In this document: in pieces, positions 22,443 to 32,388 of the stretch
Layout: each line of letters starts with the position of its first letter
How positions within the stretch are numbered: the stretch's first letter is position 1
NCBI GenBank assembly: GCA_963753125.1
Contig: CAVWAU010000002.1
Span: forward strand, 7,199-71,198
Reading direction: 5' to 3'
Origin: an uncultured Chloroflexia bacterium
GTDB lineage: Bacteria > Chloroflexota > Limnocylindria > QHBO01
DNA length: 64,000 nt
Notes under the pieces: model-generated
What the model saw: the letters and a program-made list of their open reading frames with translations, nothing else
Told to the model about the DNA's origin: nothing
Database searches by the model: none
Program-made: the position numbers and the translations under genes

Positions 22443-22492
22443 GGGCCCGGCCGGTCCATCGGCCCAACGTGGAGTGAGAGAGAGTTCATCCG

Positions 22493-23294
22493 ATGTCGAT
22501 TGCAACGCGTGAGCTGCGGGCGAGCTTCGCCTTCGTCGAGCGCAACTTCAACCTGACCAAGCGCTACTGGGGCTGGGAGGTCGCCTGGCTCGTCTATTCG
22601 CTGGCGGCTGCCCTGTCGGTCGCCTTCATCGGCGTTGCCCAGGACGATCCCGGGCTGCTGCAGGTGCTGGTGATCGGCGCCATCTTCTGGAACTTCCTGT
22701 CCATCGTCTTCGGCTTCATCGGCGAGACGGTGACCTGGGAGCGCTGGGAGGGGACGCTCGAGTACACGTTCATGGCGCCGGTGCGGCGCTACACGCAGCT
22801 GGTCGGCTCGACCCTGTTCGCGGTCGCCTACGCGCTGATCCAGATGGTGATCATCCTGGTGGTGATGATCCTCTTCTTCGATCTCGAGTTCAGCGGCGGC
22901 AACTTCGTGACGGCCGGGGCGTTCCTGCTGCTCGGCTCGGTCAGCTTCGTCGGCGTCGGCATGATGGCGGCCATCCTGCCGCTCCTCTACGTGGAGCGCG
23001 GCGACCAGATGGTCTTCGTCATCCAGTCGATCATCCTGCTGTTCAGCGGCGTGTACTACTCGGTCGAGGAGCTTCCCGAATGGATGCAGTTCGTCGCGCA
23101 GTTCAGCCCCGGCACGTATGTCCTCGACGGGATCCGCGAGGGCCTGATCAAGGGAACGTCGGTCGTTGACCTGTGGCCACGACATCTGGCCGCTCGTGAT
23201 CATGGGCGTCGTCCTGATCCCGCTCGGCGTCTACGTCTTCGGCATCGCGGAGCGCTACGCGAAGCGCACCGGCAAGCTCAAGCGAGTCGGCTGA
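22493..23294 (+). CDS. ABC-2 type permease (frameshift near 3' end)
   Basis: WERWEGTLEYTFMAP; LFSGVYY..EELP.W...A.FSP.TY; multiple TM helices. Confidence 0.88.
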
Positions 23295-23317
23295 TGCCAG
23301 CCGACGGAGGGACTCAC

Positions 23318-24343
23318 ATGAAGACCGATACGGCCGCTCCGGCGGCCGAGATCCCCGGCCTCGTCCTGCGCTCGTACGCCGGCGAGGCCGACCTGCCTGA
23401 GATGGTCCGCATCCAGAACGACGAGTGGGAGGCCGACGGCCTCGGCTACCGCGAGACGGTTGGCGAACAGGCCGCCTACTTCGCGCACACCTCCGAGCAG
23501 TTCGACCCGACCCGTGACCTCAGCATCGCCGAGGTCGATGGCCGGATGGTCGGCTTCGCCCGGCGCGACTGGGTCGACGCCAACGATGGCGTTCGCGAAT
23601 ACCGCTCTCGCTGTGCCGTGGATCCGGCCTGGCGGCGGCGCGGGATCGGCACGGCGATGCTTGCGGACTGTGAACGCCAGCAGACTGCGCTGGCGAGCAC
23701 CCACGACACGAGCCGGCCGCGCGTCCTGGGCACCTTCACCGAGGGCCGCAACGACGGGCGCCAACGCGATTGCTCGTCGCGCGGGCTACGAACCGGTCCG
23801 CTGGTTCTTCGACATGACGCGCACCAGCCTCCAGGACAACCTGCCGGCCGATCCCGCCGATGCCCGATGGGATCGAGGTCCGACCCGTCCAGGCGGAGCA
23901 GCTGATGCAGATCTGGCACGCCGACCACGAGGCGTTCCGCGACCACTGGGGCGGTGGCGACGAGTCGGACGAGGCCTTCCGCCGGTACCAGGACGCGCCC
24001 GACTTCGATACGTCGCTCTGGGTCGTCGCCTGGGATGGCGACGAGGTCGCGGCGGCCGTGGTCAACACGATCTACGCGCACGAGAACGAGGCGACCGGCA
24101 GCCGAGCGCGGCTGGCTCGACAGCGTGTTCACGCGCCGCGCGTGGCGCAAGCGGGGCGTTGCATCGGCGCTCATCGCCCGCAGCCTGCACCTGCTGGCGG
24201 AGCGCGGCATGGACACGGCCATGCTCGGCGTCGATGCCGACAACCCCTCGGGCGCCCTGCGCCTCTACGAGTCGTTCGGCTTCGTGGTGACCGATCGCGG
24301 CCAGGCATGGCGCAAGCCGATGGAGGAGGGTCCCTTCACGTGA
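23318..24343 (+). CDS. Tandem-domain GNAT acetyltransferase (frameshifted)
   Basis: VDPAWRRRGIG; EAFRDHWG; WRKRGVA.AL; LGVDADNPSGA..LYESFGF. Confidence 0.85.
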
Positions 24344-25338
24344 CCGACCTCGCTCTCGCCGGGGCGCCGTCGGTCCCCGGCCTCAGCTTCCGGCAGTTTC
24401 GCGGCGAGGAGGACTTCCCCGCCATGCTCCGCGTCTACACGGCGGCGCATGAGGCGGACGGCATCGAGGAGGTGACGTCGCTCGACCAGCTGCGCCTGAA
24501 CTATTCGACGCTCGTCAACTGCGATCCTGCCCGCGACATGATCCTGGCGGAAGTCGAGGGCGAGCTGGTTGCCTACGCGCGGGTCTTCTGGAACGACCTC
24601 GTCGAGGGCGGCCGCTCCTACGAGAACTTCGGATTCGTCCACCCGGACTGGCGTCGGCGGGGAATCGGCGGCGCGATGCACCGGCACAACGAGCAGCGCC
24701 TGCGCGAGATCGCGGAGGAGCACGTCGACGTCGCGCCCAAGTGGTTCGGCTCCGAGGGCGTGGACGCCGACCCGGGCAACACCGCGCTCCTCCGCGGAGA
24801 CGGCTACACCCCGGCTCGCTACTTCTACGAGATGGTGGCGCCGACGCTCGACGGCCTCGTTGCGCCGCCGATGCCCGACGGGATCGAGCTGCGCCCCGTG
24901 ACGCGCGACCAGTACCGCACCATCTGGCTCGCTTCCGCGGAGGCGTTCCGCGATCACTGGGGCGAGGCCGAGTGGACCGAGGAGGACTGGACTCGCTTCG
25001 ACGCCGACCCCGACAACGCCGATCCGCGCTTCTGGCGCATCGGCTGGGATGGCGAGGAGGTGGCCGGCGAGGTCACGACCACGGTGCCTGCCGAGGAGAA
25101 CGAGCGGCACGGTCGGGCGCGCGTCTACGTCGCCAGCGTCTCCGTCCGGCGGCCGTGGCGCCGACGCGGCCTGGCTCGCGCGCTGCTCGCCAGGTCGCTC
25201 GTCGCGGCTCGCGAGGCGGGGTTCACGTCGGCCAGCCTTGGCGTCGACACGGATAGTCCGACCGGCGCGACCGCACTCTACGAGTCGCTCGGGTTCCTGC
25301 CCGACAAGACGTTTACCAGCTGGCGCAAGCCGATGTAG
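24340..25338 (+). CDS. Tandem-domain GNAT acetyltransferase, paralogue of the upstream gene
   Basis: VHPDWRRRGIG; EAFRDHWG; WRRRGLARAL; LGVDTDSPTGA..LYESLGF. Confidence 0.88.
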   Translation: MTDLALAGAPSVPGLSFRQFRGEEDFPAMLRVYTAAHEADGIEEVTSLDQLRLNYSTLVNCDPARDMILAEVEGELVAYARVFWNDLVEGGRSYENFGFVHPDWRRRGIGGAMHRHNEQRLREIAEEHVDVAPKWFGSEGVDADPGNTALLRGDGYTPARYFYEMVAPTLDGLVAPPMPDGIELRPVTRDQYRTIWLASAEAFRDHWGEAEWTEEDWTRFDADPDNADPRFWRIGWDGEEVAGEVTTTVPAEENERHGRARVYVASVSVRRPWRRRGLARALLARSLVAAREAGFTSASLGVDTDSPTGATALYESLGFLPDKTFTSWRKPM

Positions 25339-25382
25339 CGGTTCTGCGATACTGCGGCGGACGTTGCCGGACGAGAGGATGG

Positions 25383-26165
25383 GTGGTGCAGGCACAGCTC
25401 CTGGACGCGGTGCCGATCGGGGTGATCTTCGTCGCGCTCGTAGCGATCACGACGCTCGCCTACCAGGGCGGCTACCGGATCGGTCTGTGGCATCAGGCAC
25501 GAACGCCCGACGAGAAGGAGGGTCCGACAGGGGCCCTGGTCGCATCGCTCCTCGCCACCCTGGCGTTCCTGGTCGCGGTCACGATGAGCATGGCATCGGA
25601 CCGCTTCGACACGCGCCGCGGCCTGGTTCTCGAAGAGGCCAACGCGATCGGGACCACCTACCTGCGTGCCGGATTCCTGCCGGCACCCAACGACGAGGCC
25701 GTGAGGACGTTGCTCCGGGAGTACGTCCCGCTCCGAATCGCGCGGGCCGATCTGGCGGACCTGGCCCGGTCGATCGAGCGGTCGGAGGAGATCCAGGACG
25801 CCGTCTGGGCGATCACCGAGGAGCTGGCCGCGACGGAGGGTGGCTCGGAGACGTTCAGCCTCTATGTCAGCTCGCTCAACGAGATGATCGACCTCCACAC
25901 CAAACGGGTCGTGGCTGGTGTGTATGCCCGCGTGCCGGAGTCAGTCGTCTACTTCCTCATCATCGGCAGCACCCTGGCGCTCGTGATGACCGGCTACGGC
26001 GCGGGACTGACCGGCCGCCGCAGCCTGTTCAGCGCGTTGGCGTTCGTGATCGTCTTCAGCGGCGTCATCACCCTGATCATCGATCTCGACCAATCCCGGA
26101 GCGGCTTCCTCCAGGTGAGCCAACAGGCGCTCATTGATCTGCAGGAGTCCCTCGGCCCGCCCTGA
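25383..26165 (+). CDS. DUF4239 (bestrophin-like) membrane protein
   Basis: AFLVA.T..MA.DRFDTRR..V.EEANAIGT.YLR; LIIDLD..R.G. Confidence 0.8.
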   Translation: MVQAQLLDAVPIGVIFVALVAITTLAYQGGYRIGLWHQARTPDEKEGPTGALVASLLATLAFLVAVTMSMASDRFDTRRGLVLEEANAIGTTYLRAGFLPAPNDEAVRTLLREYVPLRIARADLADLARSIERSEEIQDAVWAITEELAATEGGSETFSLYVSSLNEMIDLHTKRVVAGVYARVPESVVYFLIIGSTLALVMTGYGAGLTGRRSLFSALAFVIVFSGVITLIIDLDQSRSGFLQVSQQALIDLQESLGPP

Positions 26166-26172
26166 GATTCCC

Positions 26173-27369
26173 TCAGCGCCCGCCGGCCAGCACCGACTCC
26201 AGCGTCTGGTAATAGAAGTCCACGATCCGCTCCGTCACCCGATCCCAGGTGAACTCGGGAGCGCGCGCGCGTCCCGCCTCGCCCATGTCGTGGCGGAGGT
26301 CGGGGTCGCGGGCGAGCGCGTAGAGGGCGGCAGCCAGCGCCCGTGGGTTGCGCGGCTCGACGAGCAATCCCTGAACGTTGCGCTCGATCACGCGCTTGAA
26401 GCCGTGGATGTCGGACGCGACGATCGGCACCCCGGCAGCCATCGCCTCGAGGAGCACGATGCCAAACGACTCCTGCCCGGTGTTCGGGGCACAGTAGATG
26501 TCGGCCGATGCGAAATAGCGGACCTTCTCGTCGTCGTTGACCCGGCCAAGGAACTCGACGTCCCGGATGCCTCGCAGGCCGACGAAACGCTTGTACTCGC
26601 GCAGCTTCGGTCCCGCACCGACCACCAGAAGCCGCGCGTCGACCTTGCGCTTGCGAAGGCGGTGATAGGCCTGAAGGAGGTGGGTGAGCCCCTTGCGCTC
26701 CTCGAGCCGTCCGACGAACAGGATGTTGAGCGTCCCGTCGCGCAGCTCCTCGAACGGCTCGGCGTGGACGAATCGGTCGAGGTCGACGCCGTTCGGGATG
26801 ATCTCGTACTCCCCGGGGAAGTACCTGCTGATGAAGTGGCGCGCCGCCCCGGAGACGGCGATTCGCCCGTGAAGCCGCTGGGCCAGGTGGCCGGCGAATC
26901 GCTTGCCGATCCAGTAGGAGGGTGAGAAGCCGCCGAAGGCGTGGAACGTGGCGACGTTGACCGTCTTCGACTGGTCGAGAACGGTCGGCGACAGGAACGG
27001 CACGAACGGCTCATGGAAGTGGAGGATGTCGAACGCATGCTCCTCGAGCACCTCGCGCGCCTGGCGCTTGAATCGCAGCCCGAGCGTGACGCGACCGATG
27101 CTGCCGTTCGCCGGTGCCGCCCACCCCGTGCCGAGGCGGATGACGTTCCCCTCGCTCTCCCGCTCCCGGCCGTACTTCGACGTGATGATCCACACGTCGT
27201 GGCCCATCCGCGTCATCGCTTCGTAGGTGTACCGCACGTGCTCGTTCACGCCGCCCGGATGCGGGTACCCGTACGGGCTCACGATCCCCACCTTCAGGGG
27301 ATTTCGATGGGGCCCGCCCGACTGCACCGATGGCGCCGTCGTCGACGGCGCCGACTGCACCGATGTCAC
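26173..27369 (-). CDS. pimA: Phosphatidyl-myo-inositol alpha-mannosyltransferase PimA-like (GT4)
   Basis: GIVSPY..PGGV..HV; NGSIGR; LHFHEP; ATFH; IPNGVD; RKG; CAPNTGQESFGIVLLEAMAAG; operon context. Confidence 0.8.
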   Translation of the reverse strand: MTSVQSAPSTTAPSVQSGGPHRNPLKVGIVSPYGYPHPGGVNEHVRYTYEAMTRMGHDVWIITSKYGRERESEGNVIRLGTGWAAPANGSIGRVTLGLRFKRQAREVLEEHAFDILHFHEPFVPFLSPTVLDQSKTVNVATFHAFGGFSPSYWIGKRFAGHLAQRLHGRIAVSGAARHFISRYFPGEYEIIPNGVDLDRFVHAEPFEELRDGTLNILFVGRLEERKGLTHLLQAYHRLRKRKVDARLLVVGAGPKLREYKRFVGLRGIRDVEFLGRVNDDEKVRYFASADIYCAPNTGQESFGIVLLEAMAAGVPIVASDIHGFKRVIERNVQGLLVEPRNPRALAAALYALARDPDLRHDMGEAGRARAPEFTWDRVTERIVDFYYQTLESVLAGGR

Positions 27370-28109
27370 CGCCACTCTCCCGTTGGCCGAAGAGTATGCC
27401 GGAGGTGCCTGACCTTGGCACGCAGCTGTCGCCGGTACACCGCGAGGTTCTGGCGGTTCGACCAGAACGCACCATCCGGCCGCGTGGTGCGCTCTTCCAC
27501 GGCCCTCCGGTAGTCGCCGGCAGTCGAGCCGGGGAACCAGGTCCACGCGGTGCCGATTCCCTCCAGCACGTGCGCATCCGAGTTTCCGACGGCAGCCAGG
27601 CGGAGGACGTTCCGGTTGATCCGTTGGCGGGCCGCTCGGCGCGCCCGACCCGCAGCCGATGGGTTCATCAGCTCGATCGCGTCGAGCCGGTGACGGCGAT
27701 CCTCGGTGCCGTGCGCCGCGAGCAGCGATCGCGTGCCCAGCGACGGCGTGAGCGGCGCCATCGGGTGCGCCGCGATCGCGATCCCGCCCTGGTCGTGAAT
27801 GCGCTCGAGCGTCTCCGCCAGGGGCCGCAACGCGGGGATCCGCTCGGTGATGAAGAGCGCCAGCACGTGGCCGCGCCGGGTGGTGATCTCTTCGCCGACC
27901 ACGAGCTCGAAGCTGTAGCGTCCGGCCGCATGCATCTCGCGGGCGCGCAGCGCACCGTCGATCCGCTCGTGATCGGTGATGGCGATGACGTCGAGGTCGG
28001 TCTCCGCTTCGACGTGATCGAGCAGCGCCCGCACCGACACCGTCCCGTCCGAGTACAGGGTGTGGAGGTGCATGTCGGCCTTGCCGAGCTCGCCGCCGCC
28101 GCGCGTCAT
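27366..28109 (-). CDS. PHP-family metallophosphoesterase
   Basis: DMHLHT..SDG, ITDH, GEE, GH, AHP, GNSDAH (full PHP ligand set). Confidence 0.9.
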   Translation of the reverse strand: MTRGGGELGKADMHLHTLYSDGTVSVRALLDHVEAETDLDVIAITDHERIDGALRAREMHAAGRYSFELVVGEEITTRRGHVLALFITERIPALRPLAETLERIHDQGGIAIAAHPMAPLTPSLGTRSLLAAHGTEDRRHRLDAIELMNPSAAGRARRAARQRINRNVLRLAAVGNSDAHVLEGIGTAWTWFPGSTAGDYRRAVEERTTRPDGAFWSNRQNLAVYRRQLRAKVRHLRHTLRPTGEWR

Positions 28110-28991
28110 GGCGTCGACTCGCCGCGCAGGTCGGGCCAGAAGGGCTGGAAGGCGCCCCACCACTGCTCGGGCGCCTCACCGATGTCGCGCTCGAAGCGGG
28201 CCGCGATGCGCGTCGCGAGGGCGATCGCATCGGCGCGGCGGTCTCCGCTCGAAGGCGCCTCGAGGACCTCGCCATCCGCCCGGAAACGGTCGGGACCGAT
28301 CCGCAGGCAGCGACCGACGACGAGCGCGGCCCCGATGCGCGACCGCCAGCGCCGCCGGCCCCAGCGGCACCGTGGTCGGATGTCCGAACATCGTCACCGG
28401 GTGGCCGTCGCCGGCGAGGTCACGGTCGCCGATGATGCCGAGCGTCCCGCCGGCGCGGAGCCGCTGGCTGAGCTGCCGCCGTGCTCGACTGAGCGGCAAC
28501 AGCTCGATGCCGCCGCCGCCGCGCCGCGCGGCGAGGAACTCGAACAGGGCCGGCGGCTCGATCTCCTCCATCGGGACCAGCGGCCGGATGCCGTGGGCGA
28601 TGAGGAACGTGCCGAACGGCTCGAAGTTGCCGAGGTGCGAGCCGATGAAGATGCTTGGCCCGCCACCGAGGGCAGCGGCGAATGCCTCCCACTGCGGCAC
28701 GTCCATGATCTCCTCGATCCGATCGACCGGATAATGGGGAGCGCGCAGCAGCTCCACGTAATAGCGCGCGTGATTCCGGAACGCGGAGCGCACGAGATCG
28801 CGGAACGGCCGGCCGTGCACCGGGCGCCCGGTCGCGGCGCAGACCCTCGCCAGGTTGGCGGCAACCAGCCGGCGCCGGTCCGGCGCCAGGCGGTACCAGG
28901 CGTCCCCCGCCAGATCCGCGAGGGCGTAGGCGGCCCGCGACGGGAGGGCGGCAACGACCCGATCGGCGATCTCGAGGCCCAGACGCAGCAT
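28106..28991 (-). CDS. PatA-like lysophospholipid/PIM acyltransferase 1 (frameshift near 28340)
   Basis: HLGNFE (HX4E), GDRDL, V.MFG....P.GPA.LA, QWW.AFQPFWPD. Confidence 0.8.
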
Positions 28992-29965
28992 CACGCGCCG
29001 ATCTTCGTCCAGTCCTCGCCGCGGCGGGCGGCGGCGAGGGCGGCGCGTGCCTGCGCACGGTCCGCATCGGTCTGTGGCCAGACGGGACGGAACATGTACC
29101 ACTGCCCGGGGTCATCGGCGATCACCCCGCCGAGCGCATCGGCCACCTCCTGCGTGGCTCGGTAGATCTCCGCCGGCTCGGTGCTCGTGCAGGTCACGAA
29201 TGGCAGTCCGCGAGCCTCGAAGCGATCGTCGCGCTCGCGACGGCACCAGACCGGCAGGAGCGGCGCCCCCGTCTTGGCGGACAGCGTGGCTGGCCCGATC
29301 GGAAACGTGGTCGCCTCGCCGCACAGCTCGACCGGAACGTCACCGCGGCGGTAGCCGCCGTCACAGAAGAGCACGACGTTCCCGTTGTCGCGCAGCACCC
29401 GGAAGAGCCCGCGCAGGTTGCGCCAGCCGATGACGAGGATGTCCTGCTTTGCCCGAGCGGCCGACAGGTGATCGAAGAGGCGCCCGTAGGTCGTGTCGTC
29501 GGCGACGACGTGCATCGCGGTACCGCGCAGCTTCAGCCCAGGCCCGATCATGTCCATCCCGCCGACGTGGATGGTGCAGACCAGGACCCCCTTTCCCTGC
29601 GCGCGCGCCGCGTCGAGGACCTCGATGTTCTCGATGTGGACGAGGTCGGCCGCCGCGGCGGGCGACAGCTCGCCGATGCGCATCATGTCGACGAGGTACT
29701 TGGCGTAGTTGCGGAAGGCGCGGCGGGCGGCGGACCTCACGCGGCGATGATCGGGGTCGAGGCCCATCGGGTGCGCCAGGTTCTCGTGGATGACCTGTCG
29801 CTTCGGGCCGGCAAGGTCGTAGGCGAGGTTACCGACAGCGGCTGCCACGGGCATGACGGCCCGCCGCGGCACCGCGTTGATCACTCGCTCGGCCGCCAGG
29901 TAGAGCCAATAGGTCAGCAGCTCCCGCTTGCGCTCGGTCGGCGCACCATCCCGAAGGACAAACAT
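28991..29965 (-). CDS. PatA-like lysophospholipid/PIM acyltransferase 2
   Basis: AFRNYAKY; HVGGMD (HX4D); FPIGPATLS; PGQWYMFRPVWP. Confidence 0.82.
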   Translation of the reverse strand: MFVLRDGAPTERKRELLTYWLYLAAERVINAVPRRAVMPVAAAVGNLAYDLAGPKRQVIHENLAHPMGLDPDHRRVRSAARRAFRNYAKYLVDMMRIGELSPAAAADLVHIENIEVLDAARAQGKGVLVCTIHVGGMDMIGPGLKLRGTAMHVVADDTTYGRLFDHLSAARAKQDILVIGWRNLRGLFRVLRDNGNVVLFCDGGYRRGDVPVELCGEATTFPIGPATLSAKTGAPLLPVWCRRERDDRFEARGLPFVTCTSTEPAEIYRATQEVADALGGVIADDPGQWYMFRPVWPQTDADRAQARAALAAARRGEDWTKIGA

Positions 29966-29999
29966 CTCCGCGGAAGTATCCGCGATCCGGTGTGCCTGC

Positions 30000-31226
30000 C
30001 TACGCTACCTCGGCGGCCGCGGCCCGGGCCTTGACCTTGCGGTTCGGCGGCGCGACCTTGCGGGCCTTGCGCGGCGCGAGCTTCTCGGTGCCGTCCAGCG
30101 TCTCGTTGTCGTCACCGCGGATGAAGTCCTCGACCCGATTGTGCGCGATGTCGTCGTGGATCTGGATCGGCGGCGACTTCATGAAGTACGAGCTCGGTGC
30201 CACGAGCGTGCCGGCCAGGCCGCGGTCAAGGCCGAGCTTCGCGCAACGGATGGCATCGGTGATGACGCCCGCCGAGTTCGGCGAGTCCCAGACCTCGAGC
30301 TTGAGCTCCAGGTTGAGCGGGACGTCGCCGTACGTGGTGCCTTCCATCCGGATATGGCACCACTTGCGGTCCTTGAGCCACGGCACGTAGTCGGATGGTC
30401 CGACGTGGATGTCGTCGTCGGCGATCTCGTAGTCGATCATCGAGGTCACGGCGTTCGTCTTGCTGATCTTCTTGGACTCGAGGCGCTCGCGCTCGAGCAT
30501 GTTCAGGAAGTCGGTGTTGCCCCCGAAGTTGAGCTGGTAGGTCCGGTCGATCTTGACGCCGCGGTCCATGAAGAGACGGGTCAGCACGCGATGCGTGATC
30601 GTGGCCCCCAGCTGGCTCTTGATGTCGTCGCCGATGATCGGCAGCCCGGCCTTCGCGAAGCGCCGCTGCCAGTAGGGCTCGCGGCCGATGAAGACCGGGA
30701 TCGCGTTGACGAAGGCGACTCCGGCATGGATCGCCTGCTCCGCGTACCACTTGGTGGCCTGCTCGGAGCCGACCGGCAGGTAGCTGACCATGACGTCGAC
30801 CTCGCGATCCTTCAGGATCTTGACGATGTCGGCGGTTGGCCCGGGCGCCTTCGTGATGATCTCGGAGAGGTACTTGCCGAGGCCGTCGTGAGTCATGCCT
30901 CGCTCCACCGGCACGTTGAGCTCGGGCACCGGGGCGAAGGTGAACGTGTTGTTCGGCTCGGTGAAGATCGCCTCGGAGAGGTCCTTCCCGACCTTGTTGC
31001 GGTCGACGTCGAAGGCGGCCACGAACTCGATGTCGCGGACGTGGTAGCCGCCCAGGTTGACGTGCATCAGGCCCGGAATGAAGTCACCGTCCCTGGCATC
31101 GGCGTAGTGGTAGCGACCCTGGACGAGGCTGCTCGCGCAGTTCCCGACGCCCACGATGGCGACACGGACCTTGCCGTCGCTGGACCGATGGCCGTTGGTG
31201 GCGGCCTTTCCGTTCTTCGAAGCCAC
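30000..31226 (-). CDS. ino1: myo-Inositol-1-phosphate synthase
   Basis: [12 protein letters not shown]; SYLPVGS; [15 protein letters not shown]; [14 protein letters not shown]; WDSPNSAG. Confidence 0.97.
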   Translation of the reverse strand: MASKNGKAATNGHRSSDGKVRVAIVGVGNCASSLVQGRYHYADARDGDFIPGLMHVNLGGYHVRDIEFVAAFDVDRNKVGKDLSEAIFTEPNNTFTFAPVPELNVPVERGMTHDGLGKYLSEIITKAPGPTADIVKILKDREVDVMVSYLPVGSEQATKWYAEQAIHAGVAFVNAIPVFIGREPYWQRRFAKAGLPIIGDDIKSQLGATITHRVLTRLFMDRGVKIDRTYQLNFGGNTDFLNMLERERLESKKISKTNAVTSMIDYEIADDDIHVGPSDYVPWLKDRKWCHIRMEGTTYGDVPLNLELKLEVWDSPNSAGVITDAIRCAKLGLDRGLAGTLVAPSSYFMKSPPIQIHDDIAHNRVEDFIRGDDNETLDGTEKLAPRKARKVAPPNRKVKARAAAAEVA

Positions 31227-31232
31227 GATGCG

Positions 31233-31907
31233 TCAGTTCTCCTCGCTGCGGGTTGTCGCCGCCTGGCTGAGACGCCAGACGTGCCAGATACGCTGGATGA
31301 CGGTCACCACGGTGAGTGCGGCGACCAGGACGATGGTGCCGATCAGGATCGGCGTGTACCCCAACCCGGCAAGAGCGATGCCGGCGATGATGAGGACGAG
31401 CCGCTCGGTGCGCGGTGCGAGCCCGACGCTGGCCGAGAGGCCGATGCCCTCGGCCCGGGCGCGGGCGTAGCTCACCAGAAACGAGCCGGTCAGGGCAACG
31501 AAGACGGCGAGCACCGGAAGGGTCGGCGCATCGAGCGTGCCCAGGAACCAGGTGGCAACGCCGGCATACAGGATCGCCTCGCTCGCTCGATCGAGCGTCG
31601 AGTCGAGGAAGCCGCCGAACGCCGTACCGCCACCCTGGGCTCGAGCCAGCCCGCCGTCCACGGCGTCGAGCATCGAGCCAGCCGCCAGGACTGCAGCTCC
31701 GAGGAGGAGCCAGCCGCTGGCGACCAGGGCCGATGCGGCGATGGTGATGAACAGGCCGATCACCGTGATGGTGTTCGGCGTCAGGTGAAGGGCCATCGCC
31801 AGGCGAACGACCGGGGCGAGGATGCCGCGCGCCGCTTGCTTGACGGCCTCCGGAACGACCGAGTCGCCGCGGCGGACGTCGTGGGCGTCTTCCCGGCTAG
31901 TTGACAT
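31233..31907 (-). CDS. pgsA: CDP-alcohol phosphatidyltransferase, PI(P) synthase
   Basis: LTPNTIT; DAVDGGLAR...FGGFLDSTLDR motif; VSYARARAE; RTER. Confidence 0.85.
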   Translation of the reverse strand: MSTSREDAHDVRRGDSVVPEAVKQAARGILAPVVRLAMALHLTPNTITVIGLFITIAASALVASGWLLLGAAVLAAGSMLDAVDGGLARAQGGGTAFGGFLDSTLDRASEAILYAGVATWFLGTLDAPTLPVLAVFVALTGSFLVSYARARAEGIGLSASVGLAPRTERLVLIIAGIALAGLGYTPILIGTIVLVAALTVVTVIQRIWHVWRLSQAATTRSEEN

Positions 31908-32259
31908 CGGGCACCGTTCCTGGCGCGTCCGGGGCAGTTGCCACGCCGGCGGTGCCGCCGACGAGGCGTGCCTCGGCATCGTGGAGCTCCTCGAACGCGG
32001 CTGTCCGCAACCGGCAGATCACCTCGCGGCCATTGCGCTGCGTGTCGATGATGCCGGCCAGGCGCAGGATGCGCAGGTGCCAGCTGATGAGCGGCTGTGA
32101 GAGGCCGACCCTCGACGACAGCTCACGAACCGGCAGCGGTCCGATCTCGGCGATGAGGCCGATGATGCGGAGCCGCGTCTCGTCGCCAAGGGCGCGATAG
32201 AGGGTGCGGAGCCGCCCGAGGTCGTGCTCGGCGGGCGTCGCTGGCGTGGGTAGCTTCAC
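31897..32259 (-). CDS. ArsR/SmtB-family transcriptional regulator
   Basis: RALGDETRLRII; LSQPLISWHLRILR.AG. Confidence 0.9.
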   Translation of the reverse strand: MKLPTPATPAEHDLGRLRTLYRALGDETRLRIIGLIAEIGPLPVRELSSRVGLSQPLISWHLRILRLAGIIDTQRNGREVICRLRTAAFEELHDAEARLVGGTAGVATAPDAPGTVPDVN

Positions 32260-32272
32260 AAGCGCTTCTTTA

Positions 32273-32331
32273 TCAAATGCGGATTTATATAAGTGAACGC
32301 TTATGGTATCGGCGCTCCCTGGATCCGTCAA
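32273..32331 (-). promoter_or_regulatory. Promoter and tandem operator of the arsR-PI/PIM operon
   Basis: TTGACG-N17-TACCAT (32331-32303); adjacent palindromes ATAAG-N6-CTTAT (32289-32304) and TCAAA-N6-TTTAT (32273-32288). Confidence 0.6.
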
Positions 32332-32388
32332 CCCCTCGTGCTAGCATCGGCGCGCCCGACCCGTCCCGAGGCTGGCAACAGGAGGTGC

